Positions 48,290-62,270 of a DNA stretch of 64,000 nt are shown here, piece after piece. Positions within the stretch are counted from its first letter, which is position 1; the number at the start of each line of letters is the position of its first letter. The position numbers and the translations under genes were made by a program. This stretch comes from Selaginella moellendorffii (taxonomy: Eukaryota > Plantae > Lycopodiophyta). The stretch is taken from the NCBI RefSeq assembly GCF_000143415.4, contig NW_003314261.1, positions 6,852,817 through 6,916,816 of the forward strand, given 5' to 3'. The notes under the pieces were generated by a model that was given only the letters and a program-made list of their open reading frames with translations, had not been told where the DNA came from and searched no databases.

Positions 48290-49150
48290 GCAAGGCGTAA
48301 TCAGCCCACTCTCCCCGAGAAAAGGATTCCAAACGTAGAGCCTCCTCTCATGTCTGGAATATATCAACGCTTGTCCTCCGAGACTACGCACAGGCGGTCT
48401 GGCTGCGGACAATCACGGTGTGGCGCCACCATCGCATGAGCTTGCCGCTGCTGTCCTCGATCTAGTTGTCCTCCGCAAAGAACTTACCACTGTCCGCTCT
48501 TCAAGCTGGAGTACATGGCCGGACGGAATGCTTGCACTTCCTTGAGGAAGAACGAGTTCCGAGCTCGCACGTCGCCGTGGCCGAGCAAGTAGGCGATGCC
48601 AGCTCCTAGCTCGTCGTTGTCCGCCACCATCAAGCCCTCCTCGAACCCCCTCCTCAGCAGAAGCGGCCTCGGTGTTGGCGGCGGCGGCGTTCTCTGCTCG
48701 TTCCAAAACCTCCTCGCGAGCCTCCCTCGCGGCGGATAAAGTTCTCCAGGAACTCCACCAGCAGCTGCTCGAATAACCACTCCGTGGGGATTTTCCACGG
48801 TGTTCTTCTGCATCAGATACGTGCTAGTCGCAACAGTTCCCCGCGAGGAAAGGGCCCCAGGAGCTACCACATACGTGTACGTGAGGTATGGATATAGAGA
48901 CATGTGGACGAGCTCGTTGTACACCAGTCCCAGGCCGGCCACCCTGTGCCTCACTTCGTACTTGTGTTTCATCTTCGTGCATATGTACATGACGAAGGCG
49001 AGAACTACTGGAACCCATCTTCCTTCCGTGAGCAGAACCGATGACAAGTACACGCCAGCTCGATGGTTCCGAAAAGAAGGAAAACTTACCGAGTGATTAA
49101 CATGATAAGCGTGACCAAAGTAATGTGGCAACTACAGCAATGCCTGGACA
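48290..49150 (-). pseudogene. Deletion-collapsed F-box + HAK fragments (duplicate)
   Basis: Same patchwork as 40490-41370 with a partly different set of deletions. Confidence 0.8.
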
Positions 49151-49767
49151 AAGCATAAGGCGTGGTTTCATCAGGAAAACGAGCGAACTCCCCCATCAGT
49201 GGAGATGGTTTGTATAAAGGATGTTGTGGAGGAGGACAACCGAAAATGAATGAAGTAACGATCGTTAATCCCTTCTCTTCTCGTCGTGATTCTATGTTTC
49301 CAAGGTCGATGGACGATCTTCTACGATGGAAATTGGGTCCTAAGGCATGCCAATGGCGACGTATACCAAGGTCTCATCCATGGAAAGGCAAGGAAGAGCG
49401 AAACGTACAATCATCAGTTGCACTTTTGGAAAAATTTGAGGCATGCATCTTGTCGGTAGTGATTTTTGCGGTTCTTCTCTCCCTTGGTGACGTTTTTGAC
49501 GAAACAAGAAATAAGGTAGTGGTTTTTGCCTCTCCAGAAATAAAGTTTTCTTAAGATTAGCGGTTGAAAGAAGGCCGCTGATGATCCTCAGATTCGCAAA
49601 ATCCAAGCAAATCTCTTTACATATATTCCTCCGATATTATCTTTTATTAGCTAATAATTTTATTATTTTGGCAAAAAAATAAAAAAATTTAATGGAGAGG
49701 CTATAACTTAAATAGTATGGAAAGGTCTCACGATCTTCTAAATCGATACCCTATTATATTGGCGGCG

Positions 49768-51819
49768 ATGGAAGCTCTAGCATTGGCGTTCTCCTGGTTG
49801 CGACGCGCTCCAGCACAGGCAAGCACACAGGCAAGCAGGGGATTGAAGATCCTCCTCCTTGAGGTGTGTACAGCTCGCTCGTTTCTCTCATTTTTTCTTG
49901 TTCCTTGACATTTTTCGCGTGCGGGCAGACTCCTGCAGCAACAGCGGACAAGGAAGCGGAGGATTTCCCAGCACTGCCCTCGCAGCTCGAGGCAGTGATC
50001 GCCAGCAGTGACCCAGCATCAAGTGTTCCCGAGTATGATGCACCTGTACTCGAGGAGGATGACGAGCATGACTTGCAAGAGGTAACTCCAGATGTAGCTA
50101 ATCTTCTCTTGCAGCCGGTTGCTCCAATCGAGCTGGAGGATTCGTCCTCGCCAGCACCACCCTCGCAGCTCGAGGCAGTTAGTCACGCGGCAGCATCAAG
50201 TGTTCCCGAGTACGATCCACCACCATTACCTGTACTCGAGGATGACAACCATGATTCGCAAGAGGTAACTCAAGAGCTTAGATGGTTTGCCTGGAACCGC
50301 ACCAACCTTTTCTTGCAGCTAGAGGCGGTCATGGCTGGCTCTGAGGATTCAGTTCGGTATACTTCTCTCGGTGGCAAGACGCTTGCAATCGACGACAACG
50401 ACGACAACCTGAGCTGGGAGGATATCCAGAGCTTCTTTCAGACCTGGACACTCCCGTCGATTGAGCTACCGTCCAGAGCCGATTTGCATCTGGAGGTGGA
50501 GGAACTTAAGAAGCTAGTTGGAGAGTGGACTTGGAAGCTACCGACCAGTCTCCAGTCGATAAAGGAAGAAATGTGGAGTAGGCTTTTGAACGCGGGCTTG
50601 GAGGAGGACGAGGTGACGTCCCAGGAATTATGGGAAGAACTCACAAACTTCCTGGGGTGGCATCGAGTCCCAGTTACCAGTTCCCGACGGATGCTTCTGG
50701 AAGCAGCGCCAGGTCCTCCTATCTTCGTCTCCAACGAGAATGGACCTTCTCTGTTCCGCTGGGTGGATCGCTTCATAGCTCCACTGAGCGCTCAACAAGA
50801 TGGGGAAGAACAAGGCGGTGTTTCATCACCACCAGCCTCAGTCTTTTGGCAGAGGTTGAGAGGCGATGGCACCAGCAGCATGAGAAAGCACAGGAGGCCT
50901 CCAGACAAGAATAGTGAAGGACAAGAACTTATGGCAGCAATGGACGAGGAGTCATCCTACAAGGTATGTCTCTGTTGACAGGAATCAGATATGTATTCGT
51001 ACTAAGATCTACACTGAACAGGTGCTAAAGTCTCATGCAGCAGCAGGATCTCGAAAGTTGTTGAGGCAAGCTGATGTTTCATCGACACCAGCTTCAGTCT
51101 TTTGGCGGAGCTTGCGAGGCGATGGCGTGGGAATGCACAGGAGGCTTCCATACAAGAACAGTGAGGAACTTGCAGCAGCAATGGCCGAGGAGTCATCTTA
51201 CAAGGTATGCCTCTGCTGACAGGAATCAGATATATTCGTACTAAGATTGAAAATTGAACAGGTGCTAAAGTCCCATGCAGCCACAGGATTTCCATCTCAG
51301 AAGTTACTGGCTGGCGGCACTGTTGACACTAAGGAGGCTCGTAGCAATGCTTCACCACCACCAGCATCGCCACCACCTTTTATGTGGCGGTGGTTCCCTC
51401 GAAGCTTGGGCGAGGATGGTGGGAAGGCCAAGAGGATCAACACCGAAACTTTTCAAGAAGCTGAAGAGACTTCAATATCGAGCTCTCATAGTTTAGTGGA
51501 TGACGTCGGGGTGGGCAGCAGCAGCGGCAGTGCCAGTGATTTCATCGAGTTGTTTGAAGGAGAAGGCATTAGCAGCAGTGATGCCTTCCTGAACTCGCTG
51601 TTGGAAAGCAAAGGTGGCGGCAGCAACAGCAATGCGGATCTTCAGCTGGCTTCCTCCAATGATCTCAACTTGCAAGCGACGGCTGTGGCGGCAACCCCGC
51701 TGCTTCTTCCAATCCTTGCCAGGCTGCTGGTTGCGCTGCTGTTCCTCTTCGTCCTCTACTTCCTCTCGGTGATCAGGAGGAGGTGGGGGAGGAGAACGAG
51801 AGGGCTCCTGCCTCACTGA
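49768..51819 (+). CDS. Orphan acidic repeat membrane protein, copy 2
   Basis: Near-identical to copy 1, with exon frames preserved. Confidence 0.6.
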
Positions 51820-52593
51820 GTTCCAGCTTTCGATGCAAATGCATCAGGACGTGCAGTGGTTGCCGCAGGCATGGATCAAAACTTGAAGCCGGTGGCTTAA
51901 CACTCCGTGATGCTCCCCGTCGGGAGTGATAGAACTTCGGTGGCAGATTTTCATCGGCTGGAGAGAAGGTGGCTCATCAAGGCAAGAAGTGAGCGGAGAT
52001 ATCTTACAAAACAGAGGCCGCTGGTGGTTCTGGAGCTTTGTCTGGTCGTACACAACTTTCTACACCGATTGGTGGTGTAAGTGCAAGCTAGGAAGAAAGA
52101 TCATATACTGAATGTTTGTAGCATTTAAACTTGGCTGATTCAGAAAAACAGTTTTTTGTTTTCTTCAGAGGCTTGATGGGAAACAAAAGAAGTAGCCAAG
52201 ACTAGAAGTAACACGATTAGCACCTGTTCACGAAATGAGTTTCTATCCTGTGTGAGAAGCAAATCGATGGAAGGAAGCAATAGTTACGATTCCAGTAGCT
52301 TTGTGTTGCAATTTGAGTTGAGCTAAAGTCAGGATCATGATAAGCCAGTGTATCTCATACAAAAACTGGCAAGCCAAACCGTGTCCATCGCTGGAATTGC
52401 CAAACCGTGTGGAGCTGGACAAAGGCTCGGAGTTTGACAAGCCACAAAAGAAACGGGATCCTTCAAGGTCTCAAAGAACCAGGCACTGCGTGAAGAACTT
52501 TGCGCACAAGCAGCACGAGTTCCTGGGGTGGAACAAACATCAAGGATGGTGAGACATGCATAAGAAATAATCGTAAACTGTGAAAGATAAAAA

Positions 52594-53572
52594 TCAAGTT
52601 ACAAGAGCACAGTAGTTATCTCGATTTTTAAGATCTCCTTCACTGCTTCCGACCGAAATATCACAGGGACTCTTAGATTTAACTGACCATGCATTGGACC
52701 AATCAAGCGATATCTGTATTTGCAGAATTGTCGAGAAAGGCCGGTAGATGTTCTTGTCCCAAGTCCCGGCATCCATGTCGTAGGAGACGTAGGTCTTCAT
52801 CTTGTGGGAGCAAAAACTCAGGTAGTTCCCAGCTTGACCAGTGAACCTGAGATCACCAGAATCGATCACATACTCGCTCACCACACCACGTTTCAAGTTA
52901 AACTCTTCGACTTTCAAATCAAACTCCAAGATCTGGACCTTAGGCTCGCGGGCACTAGCATTCACTAGATAGAGCTTGGATTTCCAAGTGGCCATCACTG
53001 GGCAAGGTGCAATAGGAAAAGCTATTAGTTGTGGTGTCAAACTCGGTCACTCTCGTGCATAGAAGATTCATGTAAAACATCTTGTTGTCTATCACCACAG
53101 GGCTTACCAAGTATTTGGCTTCTTCCAATCTGAACCAATCCTTGTCCCTGCGTGTGAAGGTGAAAACTTCCAAGTCCCACACCACGATCTTGCTGTTGAA
53201 GATGCAAGCCCTGGACCAGTCACTCGAAAGCACGAACGGAATCTCTTCCCACTGGTTGAGGAAAGGATTCCCAAGGTACAGCCTCCTCTGGAGTGTGGAG
53301 CGAGCCAGCATGAAACGCTTGTCCTCCGAGACCGTGCACAGGCAGTCTGGCTGCGGACCATCACCGCGTGGCGCCCATCGCATCATCTTGCCGCTGCTGT
53401 CCACGACGCAGTTGTCCTTCGTGAAGAACTTAGCACTGTCCCTGTAGCTGCTCTTGAAGCTGGAGCTGTCCATCGCTGCTTTCCACGCCTTGCAAACGCA
53501 CTTGGCAGCCAAGAGCGACGAGTAGGGCAGCTTGAGCAGTATCTCCTCCACAACCTCTTGTGGCAAAGCCAT
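52594..53572 (-). pseudogene. F-box protein, frameshifted
   Basis: MALPQEVVEEILLKLPYSSLLAAKCVCKAW F-box; frame changes near 52990, where 20 nt present in the other copy are missing. Confidence 0.75.
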
Positions 53573-53778
53573 CGTTGTCTTCCTCCTCCCCCCACTGTAA
53601 CCTTGGCTACATGAGAACTTCCCTTTTAAGACAAAAAGGTACTTACTCTTAATGCTTCTAGCTCCTTTGGTTATGTGCAAGCCATTTACAGTTGCATCTC
53701 TGCCACCTTTCTAAAACCGAGGAAACCGCAATGTCAGTATACATTATACAAGTTCTGCGCGATATCAAACGTCTTACC

Positions 53779-56691
53779 TTATACGAAATAAGTCATCCCA
53801 ATCCTCAGCAGCTGGCCGGGCGGAATGTTGAGCGTCTCGGCTCTCTGCTTGCAGTTCCTCCGGAGGAACGCGTAGAAGTAATTGATGACAAGCTTCTTAA
53901 GGAAGAACGAGTCCTTTCGAGCTCTCACGTCGCCGTGGCCGAGCAAGTAGACGATCCCGGTCTCTCGGCACTTCCTCAGCAACGCCAGAGAATCGTCCTC
54001 GCTCACGGACGAGCCAGCCTCGTCGTCGTTGTCCGCCACCATCAAGTCCTCCTCGAACTCCCCGGACTCCACCCTTCTCAGCAGAAGCGGCGTGCACAAG
54101 CTCTCGTTGTTGGCGGCGGCGGCGGCGTTCTCTGCTCGTTCCAAAGCCTCCTCCCGAGCCTCGCGGCGGATAAAGTTCTCCAGGCACTCCACCAGCAGTT
54201 GCTCGAATAGCCACGCCGTCTCGGTTCGCATGTCCCTGTATCCATACCTCACGATGCACCTGTACATGTGATAGCTCTTGGGGCCGATACGCCTCACCAC
54301 TATCCTTTCCTCGCGAGGAACCGTCGCGACTGGCACGTATCTGATGCAGACAAACACCAGCACCGAGTGAATTGCAGGGAGGTAAGTGATAAACCTGTGG
54401 AAAATCCCCGGGACGCCATGGACGAGCTCGTTGTACACCAGTCCCAAGCCGGCCACCCTGACTGTCCCGAGATTGGAGCCCAGCTGAGATATCCAGTCCA
54501 TTGGAAGCTTGTGCCTCACTTCGTACTTGTGCTTCATCTTCGTGCCATAGTGCCATATGTACATGACGAAGAGGAGACCGGCTGCGAGAACTAGTGGAAC
54601 CCATCCACCTTCCGTGACTTTGAAAAGAACAGATGACAAGTACGCCAGCTCAATGGTTCCGAACAGAAGGAAAAAACCCAGTGCTACGAGGACATTGATC
54701 TGCCAGATCATTAACATGATGAGCGTGACCAAAGAAGTTGTGACGCACATCGTGGCAACCACGGCAATACCTGGAGAAAGTATGCGTTTGGCAAGGCAAA
54801 TTCATACAAGAAAAACGAACTTACCATATGCGTTTCCAAGTTGAGTTGTGTCCTTGAATCCTGCCGTGAGAGCTACAGTCAGGATCATGATAAGCCAGTT
54901 TATCTCAGGTATATAAATCTGCCCTGGAAACCGCTTTGACGTGTGAAGAATATGCACCCGAGGAAAACATCCCATTGATTCTGCCATCTTCATAACGGAG
55001 AAACTTGCTGATATCATAGCCTGGCTGGCGATAACAGCAGCCATAGTTGCTATTACGAATACAGGCCAGAAGATTGGACCTTCAAAAAAGGAAAAAGTGA
55101 AAAAAAAAATGTTCGTCAATCTACGAAAACAACACGTGTATACCAGGAATCGATTTGTAAAATGCCTCGCCCACATGTTCGGGATTTCTTATAAGATACG
55201 AAGCCTGTCCACCGTAGGCTAAAAGCAAACACGGAAGCACCACTGTTGTAAACGCAATCTGCACAAAAAGAAGACAACTTAGTTCCGGCTTTAGTATAAA
55301 CTGAAAGATACAGTAAACACTGAGGCTTTCTGAATACATCCCAGAAAAGGCCATTCCGTGCCCTGAGACCTGAATAGATTTCACAGAAAAGTGGCCAAGA
55401 TCAGCAAACATAGCTTCGGTTCCTACAGGAGAACCGAATCAAAACAGAACGTCTTGGCAAACACAATTATGGCTACCTGTAATGCACAAGACAATTCCTC
55501 CCAAAGATATCCATGCAACCTTCCCGTTCCTCTTAAAGTAGAGATAGATGTGCCACGGATTGAGAGCTTGGAAGACCCTCATGTCTCCTCTGCTCAAATT
55601 GTAGAGTCCAATGACACCAATTGTAAGAAACCACAACAGCAGAGCAGGGGCAAAAAGAAACGCCACTTTTGACGTTCCAAAACGCTGCAAGCTGAAGAGG
55701 ATGACCAGGACCACAATGGAAACAATAACAACGACATCTGAGCACGAAAGAAAGAATTAATGCCAAACATAAAAGCATTGTGGAGAAATGATTACTTTGG
55801 TCCATAGCTGGTACTGCCACTTTCAGACCACTGATAGCAGATAGAACTAAAGCAAACAAAAACAGAGAAAGCAATCCCGTCTGTAATTACCAGCAAAGAA
55901 AACGTACCCGAGATCGCTGGTGTAAGTGTTCCATCTCCTATAATCATACAGGTTCCAATTAACGTGATAAGGAGCAGTAAGTTCTTCAGAAGCCCACTGT
56001 TCTCGAGCTTCTCTTTGATCCACAGGGCCCGTTCCAGCTCTTTGCTAGGAACTTGCAACTTATAAGTCGAAAGCTGACGATCTGTAGGATGAACCACGCT
56101 GATTTTGGCATACCGAGAGATCAAAGAGTACAGTGCAAAGGTACCACCTGAAAATACGAGAACGAACACAGAAATTTCTTTTAGAATCTCTGGAAGAACT
56201 GTTCACGCTTACCTTCGCCATTGTCGTTTGCTCGCAGCACCACAAGCACGTATTTGCAAAGCGGGATGAGAAGCAAGGTGTAGAGAATAAGCGACAAGGC
56301 CCCGACGATATCCTTCTCCGGATTTGGGATATGCCCGCCAGTGAAAGTGCTGCTAAAGACGTACAATGGCGACGTCCCAAGGTCGCCATAGACGACTCCA
56401 ATCGATTGGAATGCGAGCTTGAAGAGCAGCAATCCAGAGCTAGACTGCAAATGCCGCAGGCGCATCGATCAGGAGAAGAATGCGGCAGCCATGGATTCGA
56501 AATCCGCGACTGACCTGATTGTGAGAATGCATCCATGGGAAATACGCGGCCTCCTCCTCCAAGGAATCGTGCCTGGAGATCAATCGCTTGAGCCGCCGCC
56601 GCAGATAATCCACCCCAGCCGTGGAATCCTCGTCGTCGTCTGATGACGAGATCCCGGCGGATTGAATCTCAGGGCTTCCACTCCCGACCAT
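53779..56691 (-). CDS. HAK/KUP/KT potassium transporter (second paralog, diverged from the first)
   Basis: [58 protein letters not shown]-terminal LRIGMTYFV*. Confidence 0.95.
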
Positions 56692-56861
56692 AGCCGCAAG
56701 AAAGAGTCCCCCCTGAAAGAACTTGGAAGAAGCTGCAAAACCCTAGCCCTAGAAACAGGGGAAGGTTTTGGCACTTTTTAACATAAAGGCCGACTAAAGT
56801 GTAAAGGAAAAGCGTGCTTTTAAAGTATAGAATGTACACTATGATGGATGGATGTGGCAAG

Positions 56862-57790
56862 CTATGAAGCTACCAAGTCCATAAGAGCGGACAATTCCCA
56901 CGAAGACGAGGAAGAAGCACTGGATCCAAACGTCGAGCACGATGGGCTCTCCTCGCTATCGACCAAAGGATTGGTCGTGTCCATGAAACTCTCGCAATCC
57001 AGGCTTGGAAGTGGAACAAGCACAGTCTTGATCGCGTTGAGCTGCTGCTGTGGAATCGATGGAGACTCGAGCGATGGCTTGTCTGTTGCGGGGAGATCCG
57101 GGGTCCAGGAGTTTGACGGAGCTCGTCTCACCATGGAGCGCTTCTTGAAAATGCGACAAACAGCCCAGGATTCCTGGAAGAACAATGCCAGTGATCAGTG
57201 AACTAGCTTAAAAAAAAGAGAGAAGAGAACTTTCCAGTACCTCAAAGACTGGAGGGCGTTTTTTGGATGGATCCTTGGTAGAACCAAGGACTGGAAGTCG
57301 GAACTCGTGCATCACCCAGTCGGTCTTGGTGCCTTTGGCAGCTTTGCCTTTGTAGAAAACCAGAGATTTCTTGAGGCCAATGCATTTGGATCCGTCGCTC
57401 GTGTAGATGGCACGGTCCGGGCCCGTTGCTTTCCAGAATCCCCCCTTGGTCACTCTGTTCGGCCGCGTGCTGTTTCGATACTTTTGATCCCTCAAGCAGA
57501 AGAAATACCAGACGTTCTCTCCAGAGACCGCCATGTCTGGCAAGAACAAAAGAAGAAAAAACCAAGTTAGTATCACCGACAAACCCGAACGAGAAAGCAA
57601 ACTTACGTGGGAGATCCCATGGATCATACTTGTAAATGTCCAGCTGCGTGATCACCTCGAAAGGCAGAGTTTTGTGCTGGACTTTCCGGTGGAGATAAAA
57701 CCCAACGAGCTCCTCGTCAGTGGGATGGAACCTGAATCCCGGAAGAATGACTTCCGGCATCACATCAAAGTGATCGTTTTGATTTTGCAT
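56862..57790 (-). CDS. NAC-domain transcription factor, 3 exons
   Basis: [53 protein letters not shown]. Confidence 0.95.
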
Positions 57791-58726
57791 CCTGTGCGCT
57801 TGCGAGGAACTAAAAAAAAGGATTGAAAACACAGGGCGAGTGTTTTACCTCTCCATGCGCGGCTGGATTGGATACATATAAGGAAGCACAGCTCCAAACA
57901 GTGGAGGACTAAGATGCTGCTAATCTTGTCGTTAAGCTGGAGAGGAAAAAAACAATCCAGTGAGAACACTGGAGCACAAGCGAGAAAATAAAGACAAGCA
58001 ATTACCGGCCGGAGCATATCCCTCCATTTGCTGTGTTGTGATAGATCTTTCGGAAATTCGGATAATGACCAGCAAAGACTCCGTGCGAAGTTTTCATGGA
58101 GGAAGAAAAAAACGAGAGTCGACTGTTCTTAAGAAGAACAATCGCGCTGAAACTCGCTCGCTGCTTTCTTCTCTGCGAGATTCCTACAGGGAGACGTTAA
58201 AAGAAGTTTGGCTTTGAGATTCACCTGAGACATAAAAGCACAGAGATGTTTTTTTACCTCAGTTTCACCACTCCACGATCTTTGCTGCAAGAATGTGCTA
58301 CTTGTAAGAACAGGAAGTAAGAAAGAAAGAAAAGAGTTTTTTTACCGCCTCGTGGATAACTCCTTTCATCGTTTATGATGTTCCTCTCGATACGGCCGCG
58401 ATAGATCTTTTGTCCAAGACCATTCCTCTTGAGGATCTGGTGGTCAGATCTTCCAAAAGCGCTGTAAAATCCACAGAAACAAGAGCTATAGAGTGCTTAG
58501 ATGCTGCATTGATCCGAAAGAGAAGCCCTAGAATGAGCTCTTCCTTTTTCTTGACGATCTAGGGGGCCAGATCGTCGAAATGCGCTGTAAAATCCACACA
58601 AACAAGAGCTATGGAGTAGAAATGCTGCTCAGATTGATCCCGCGATGCGAACTGATCCGAAAGAGAAGAGAGGGATTCTAAAAGAGCCCTAGAATTTGAA
58701 AATTTCGGTGTTCTAGGGTTTGACAT

Positions 58727-60956
58727 TCACGAGATGGAATGGCGTCTCCTCCGGCTGGAGACGCGCGAATCCGGCGTCTGGGGCGCCGCGACGTGCGATT
58801 GATTCCTCGATCCGAAAGGATTCAATCGGCTCAGCCTCCTCGACACGGAATGTAGGAAGTTGTGCGCCGTGGAGCTCGTTTTCTCCATCTCCTGCTTCAT
58901 GCATACGTGCTCCTTCTCCAGCTCGGTAAGCCGCATTCTCATCCTCGCAACTTCCAGCTTGAGCTCGCGATTCTCCCTCCGGATTGACGCGTAGTGATCT
59001 CTCGGCGAGATGGCGGCGCTGAGGGCACCGCTGCCAAGCTTGTGGTGGAAATGCCCAAGGTTGTCTCCCTCCATCATGGACGCCGCCATCGCTGCCCGGA
59101 GCCTCACTTGCTCGAAGTAGAGCACCTGGACGACCACCTGGACAGGTAATCTCTCGTTTTGCGCTGCGTGAGAGCACGCCTCTTGCGATAGCTTCTGGAC
59201 GTCCATGAGCTTACAGATTTTTTTTCTTTCTCCCTCCGAAAGGTTGGAATGGGCCTGTTCAAGCGGACAAGCGAGGAAAAACGTTTTGTTTTTTACTTGT
59301 TAGAACACACTGAAGAACAAAGCACGTAAGTTAAAAAAACTTTGAGTTGTTTTACTCACCTTGAGATAGATGTCGATTGCTCGGTACAATCCATCGTTGA
59401 CAACTCTTGCGTAGTCCGGGACGAGCTCGGCCAGAGCGTAGAACTTGAGGAGCTTGAGGTTTGTATCGGGAGCAATCTCCGCGAGGTAATTGTCTATGAG
59501 CTTTGCGACTTTGATGGCTGCGCTTTGTGACGGGGGACTGGTACTCTCAGATTCGTAGCCGCCGGCTTGAGAGTCTTCCTTCTCCTTGTGCTGGAGGAAG
59601 TTTATCACCAGTCTTTGGACGACGTCCACATCGAACAAGGTGTCGCAAGTGAAGGACATGGATGGTATGAGTAGATCGTCCAGCGCTGCCTGATCCATTT
59701 GCATTCCTATTCTTTGCTCCAGCTCGATGCGGCAGCTGATGGATGCGTCTAGAATTATGGCCGAGCGAAGCAAGCCAAAGAGGAAGCTGCAGCTTATAGA
59801 GTTCTTCTCGCAAGGTAGCATGCTTGTAAGTGTTTCCACTAATGCTCGTTGTTCCTGCTCCAGAATTGAAGGAATACCAGAGTCGTGAACCGTTGCTGCT
59901 GGCGCTAGTTTCGTTTTGTTGTGACTAGTCACGGGCTTCATGTTGAGGCCTTTGAGGTATCTCTGAGCGTAGATTATCAGCGCTCCTCCAATGCTTTCGT
60001 GCAGCAAACCTCTGGACATCATTGCCGCTAAGGTACGCTGGTAGAAGTCGATTCTCAGAATTGCCAGATCTTCTGACCACCAGTGATCTGTTTTGCAGCT
60101 TTGAACTTGGCTGTCAATCCATCCCGAGCTGCCGTTGTACTCCATGCTTGAAGATAGTTGCTCTCTTGAAGGTAGCGAGGCCGTGGCTATAGCTGCTACC
60201 GCATCAACGCATCTGCTCACAATTTTGAGCTCTTCTGCTAATGGGACGAGGTTCTCACAGTTGTGCAATACAGCGAGCGATACGGAGAAATCCTGAATGA
60301 CGACTTCGTTAAGGTATGTCTCGGTGCGGACCACCAAGTTTCCTTCTCCGTAATCGTCAGTCATTTCCAGGTAGTGAGCAGCACACCTCAAGACCGCAAC
60401 ATTTGCAGTGGTAATCTCGAAGTTGATTCCATAGCAGAACTTGGCTACCAGCTCGAATACTTCTGCACCACCTGGTATTTCCAGTAACTTGATTTGTGAT
60501 GGATCTAAGTCTCTTGTCTCCACAACCAGCTTCCGTATTCTTCCACTCCGTGACACAAGTGGGAACTGTTAGCACATTAAACAGGCAAGTTTGAGAAAAC
60601 TTCAATAGTTCTTTGGGAGTTCTGTGATTGCTAATGGTGCTGGAATGTAAAGGAGATGATGTATGAATTCACCCACCTTGTGGAGTGCAAAGCTCGTACC
60701 TGCAACTTCCACGGATATATCTGTTGGGACATCTGATGTCATTACCCTGGAAGGCAAGAACACAATGAGAGACAAAGTAAGCTCCGATCAATTGCTACCA
60801 TTCGACAGTGCGTTTTGCTGCTGTGACTGCAGTGGCTCCAGTTGAAGCCGCAGCTGCTGCCGCTGCTGCTGCCGCGGCGGCGGCCGAGGAAGAAGAGAGT
60901 GAGGATGATGATGTCGAGCCACGCTTGTGCGACGAAATCTTATCATTCCTTGCCAT
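58727..60956 (-). CDS. NPH3/RPT2-like (NRL) BTB/POZ protein
   Basis: [11 protein letters not shown]...[50 protein letters not shown], coiled coil and C-terminal RRRRHSIS. Confidence 0.95.
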
Positions 60957-62270
60957 CTAAGCTATAGCTTCCAATCACTCCAGGTATCTCTCAAAGACGA
61001 CTTTGCATCCTGATGCTTGCTTTGTGCGGCCCTTCTTTTGCGAGACCGCAGTCATTTTTATATCGTCACTGTCGTCTTTGCTGCTACTTGCCTCGATGGA
61101 CTCCTTCTTTTTTCACTCCCTGCTTGTTTAATGATGCTGACCGATTCATAGGAATCGAACTTTTCTTGCGGGAAACTGTAGAGGATTCTATATGCTTTTT
61201 CTTAGCCAGTGGAAAAACTTCCCTGCGAGGGAACGAAAAGCTCCATGGGGCATGGATCGATTTCCGAGATTTGTAGCACCAGTTTTTCGAGGTTCGTGTT
61301 TTCAAAGTCTTAAAGTTTACTCATAGAGTATCTTGTGTTGTGTGACAGGCTTTCAATCCCAGCGAACCAATTTCTCTGCTAGCCGGCGCAAAGAATCCAT
61401 TTTCAATACAAGTAGTGAAGACGAGATTTCTCCGACTAAAGATTCGTGGCGAGTGGTGCTGGCATTCCAACTGGAGTTCCATGTGAAGTTCCAGGCTTAA
61501 AATTCTCCAAGCCAAGTATTCTACCTTGTCAATTCTCGTAGTTTTTCTTAAAACGGGGACGAAACGTTATTGTCCCAACAGCACACCATGTGAGGTGTTC
61601 CACTGGAGCTTAGATGCTTAAGCACATGTTTAGATGTATAATATCTCCACGGTACAGTGGTGAATCTCTCCCGCTGTCACGTGAAATACCCAGGCTCGAT
61701 CCGTGCGAATGCCAAAAGTATTTTCTTAGTGGTTGGCAATGTCCTAGATTTCACATTTTGATTGCTTTGATGATCTCATGAACATGGGATTTTAGTTTAT
61801 AAGCTGTCCAGTAGCTACTCAAAATGACCATCCAAAAGAAGCGTCTTTCAATGGTGGTAGAGTTATTCCTTCCTTTTTTCTTTTGGTTTTTGTTTTGCTT
61901 AACTAAACCTATAGGGGACTGGGATGGTAGTGAATATATCTAAAATATGCTTGGATATTCTAGGATATTCTACCATCTAATGGTTGGTATTCATTTAGAT
62001 TAATTTGGTATTTATAATTTATAAACATGTTTATAATTTATAAAGTTTTCTAAACCCTTTCTAGTATATTCTTTTTTATTCTATCATCTAATGGTTGATA
62101 TGCAATAAGATTAATCTTGTGTTTATAAATTACAAACATGCTTAGAGCGATCGCTTCGCATGCGATAGGTAAGGGGATCGATGCCCCTCATCTCCAAGTA
62201 TTATTTCGTTTTCGCGCTAGAGTTCGACTCCCGGCAACGCCGAATTTGAACTTTAGGGTTCTTACCGATG

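Larger units (their letters stand above)
38318..54159. repeat. Tandem segmental duplication: unit 1 38318-46117, unit 2 46115-54159
   Basis: Colinear near-identical blocks with an offset of about 7.8-7.9 kb; the junction joins HAK2 3' sequence to intron 2 of the small gene through AGC microhomology. Confidence 0.9.

Noticed and set aside
61965-62145. Short degenerate direct repeats here and at about 58455-58700
   Set aside because: Two-copy local duplications with no TIR/TSD or spacer structure; not a CRISPR array or a defined MITE.
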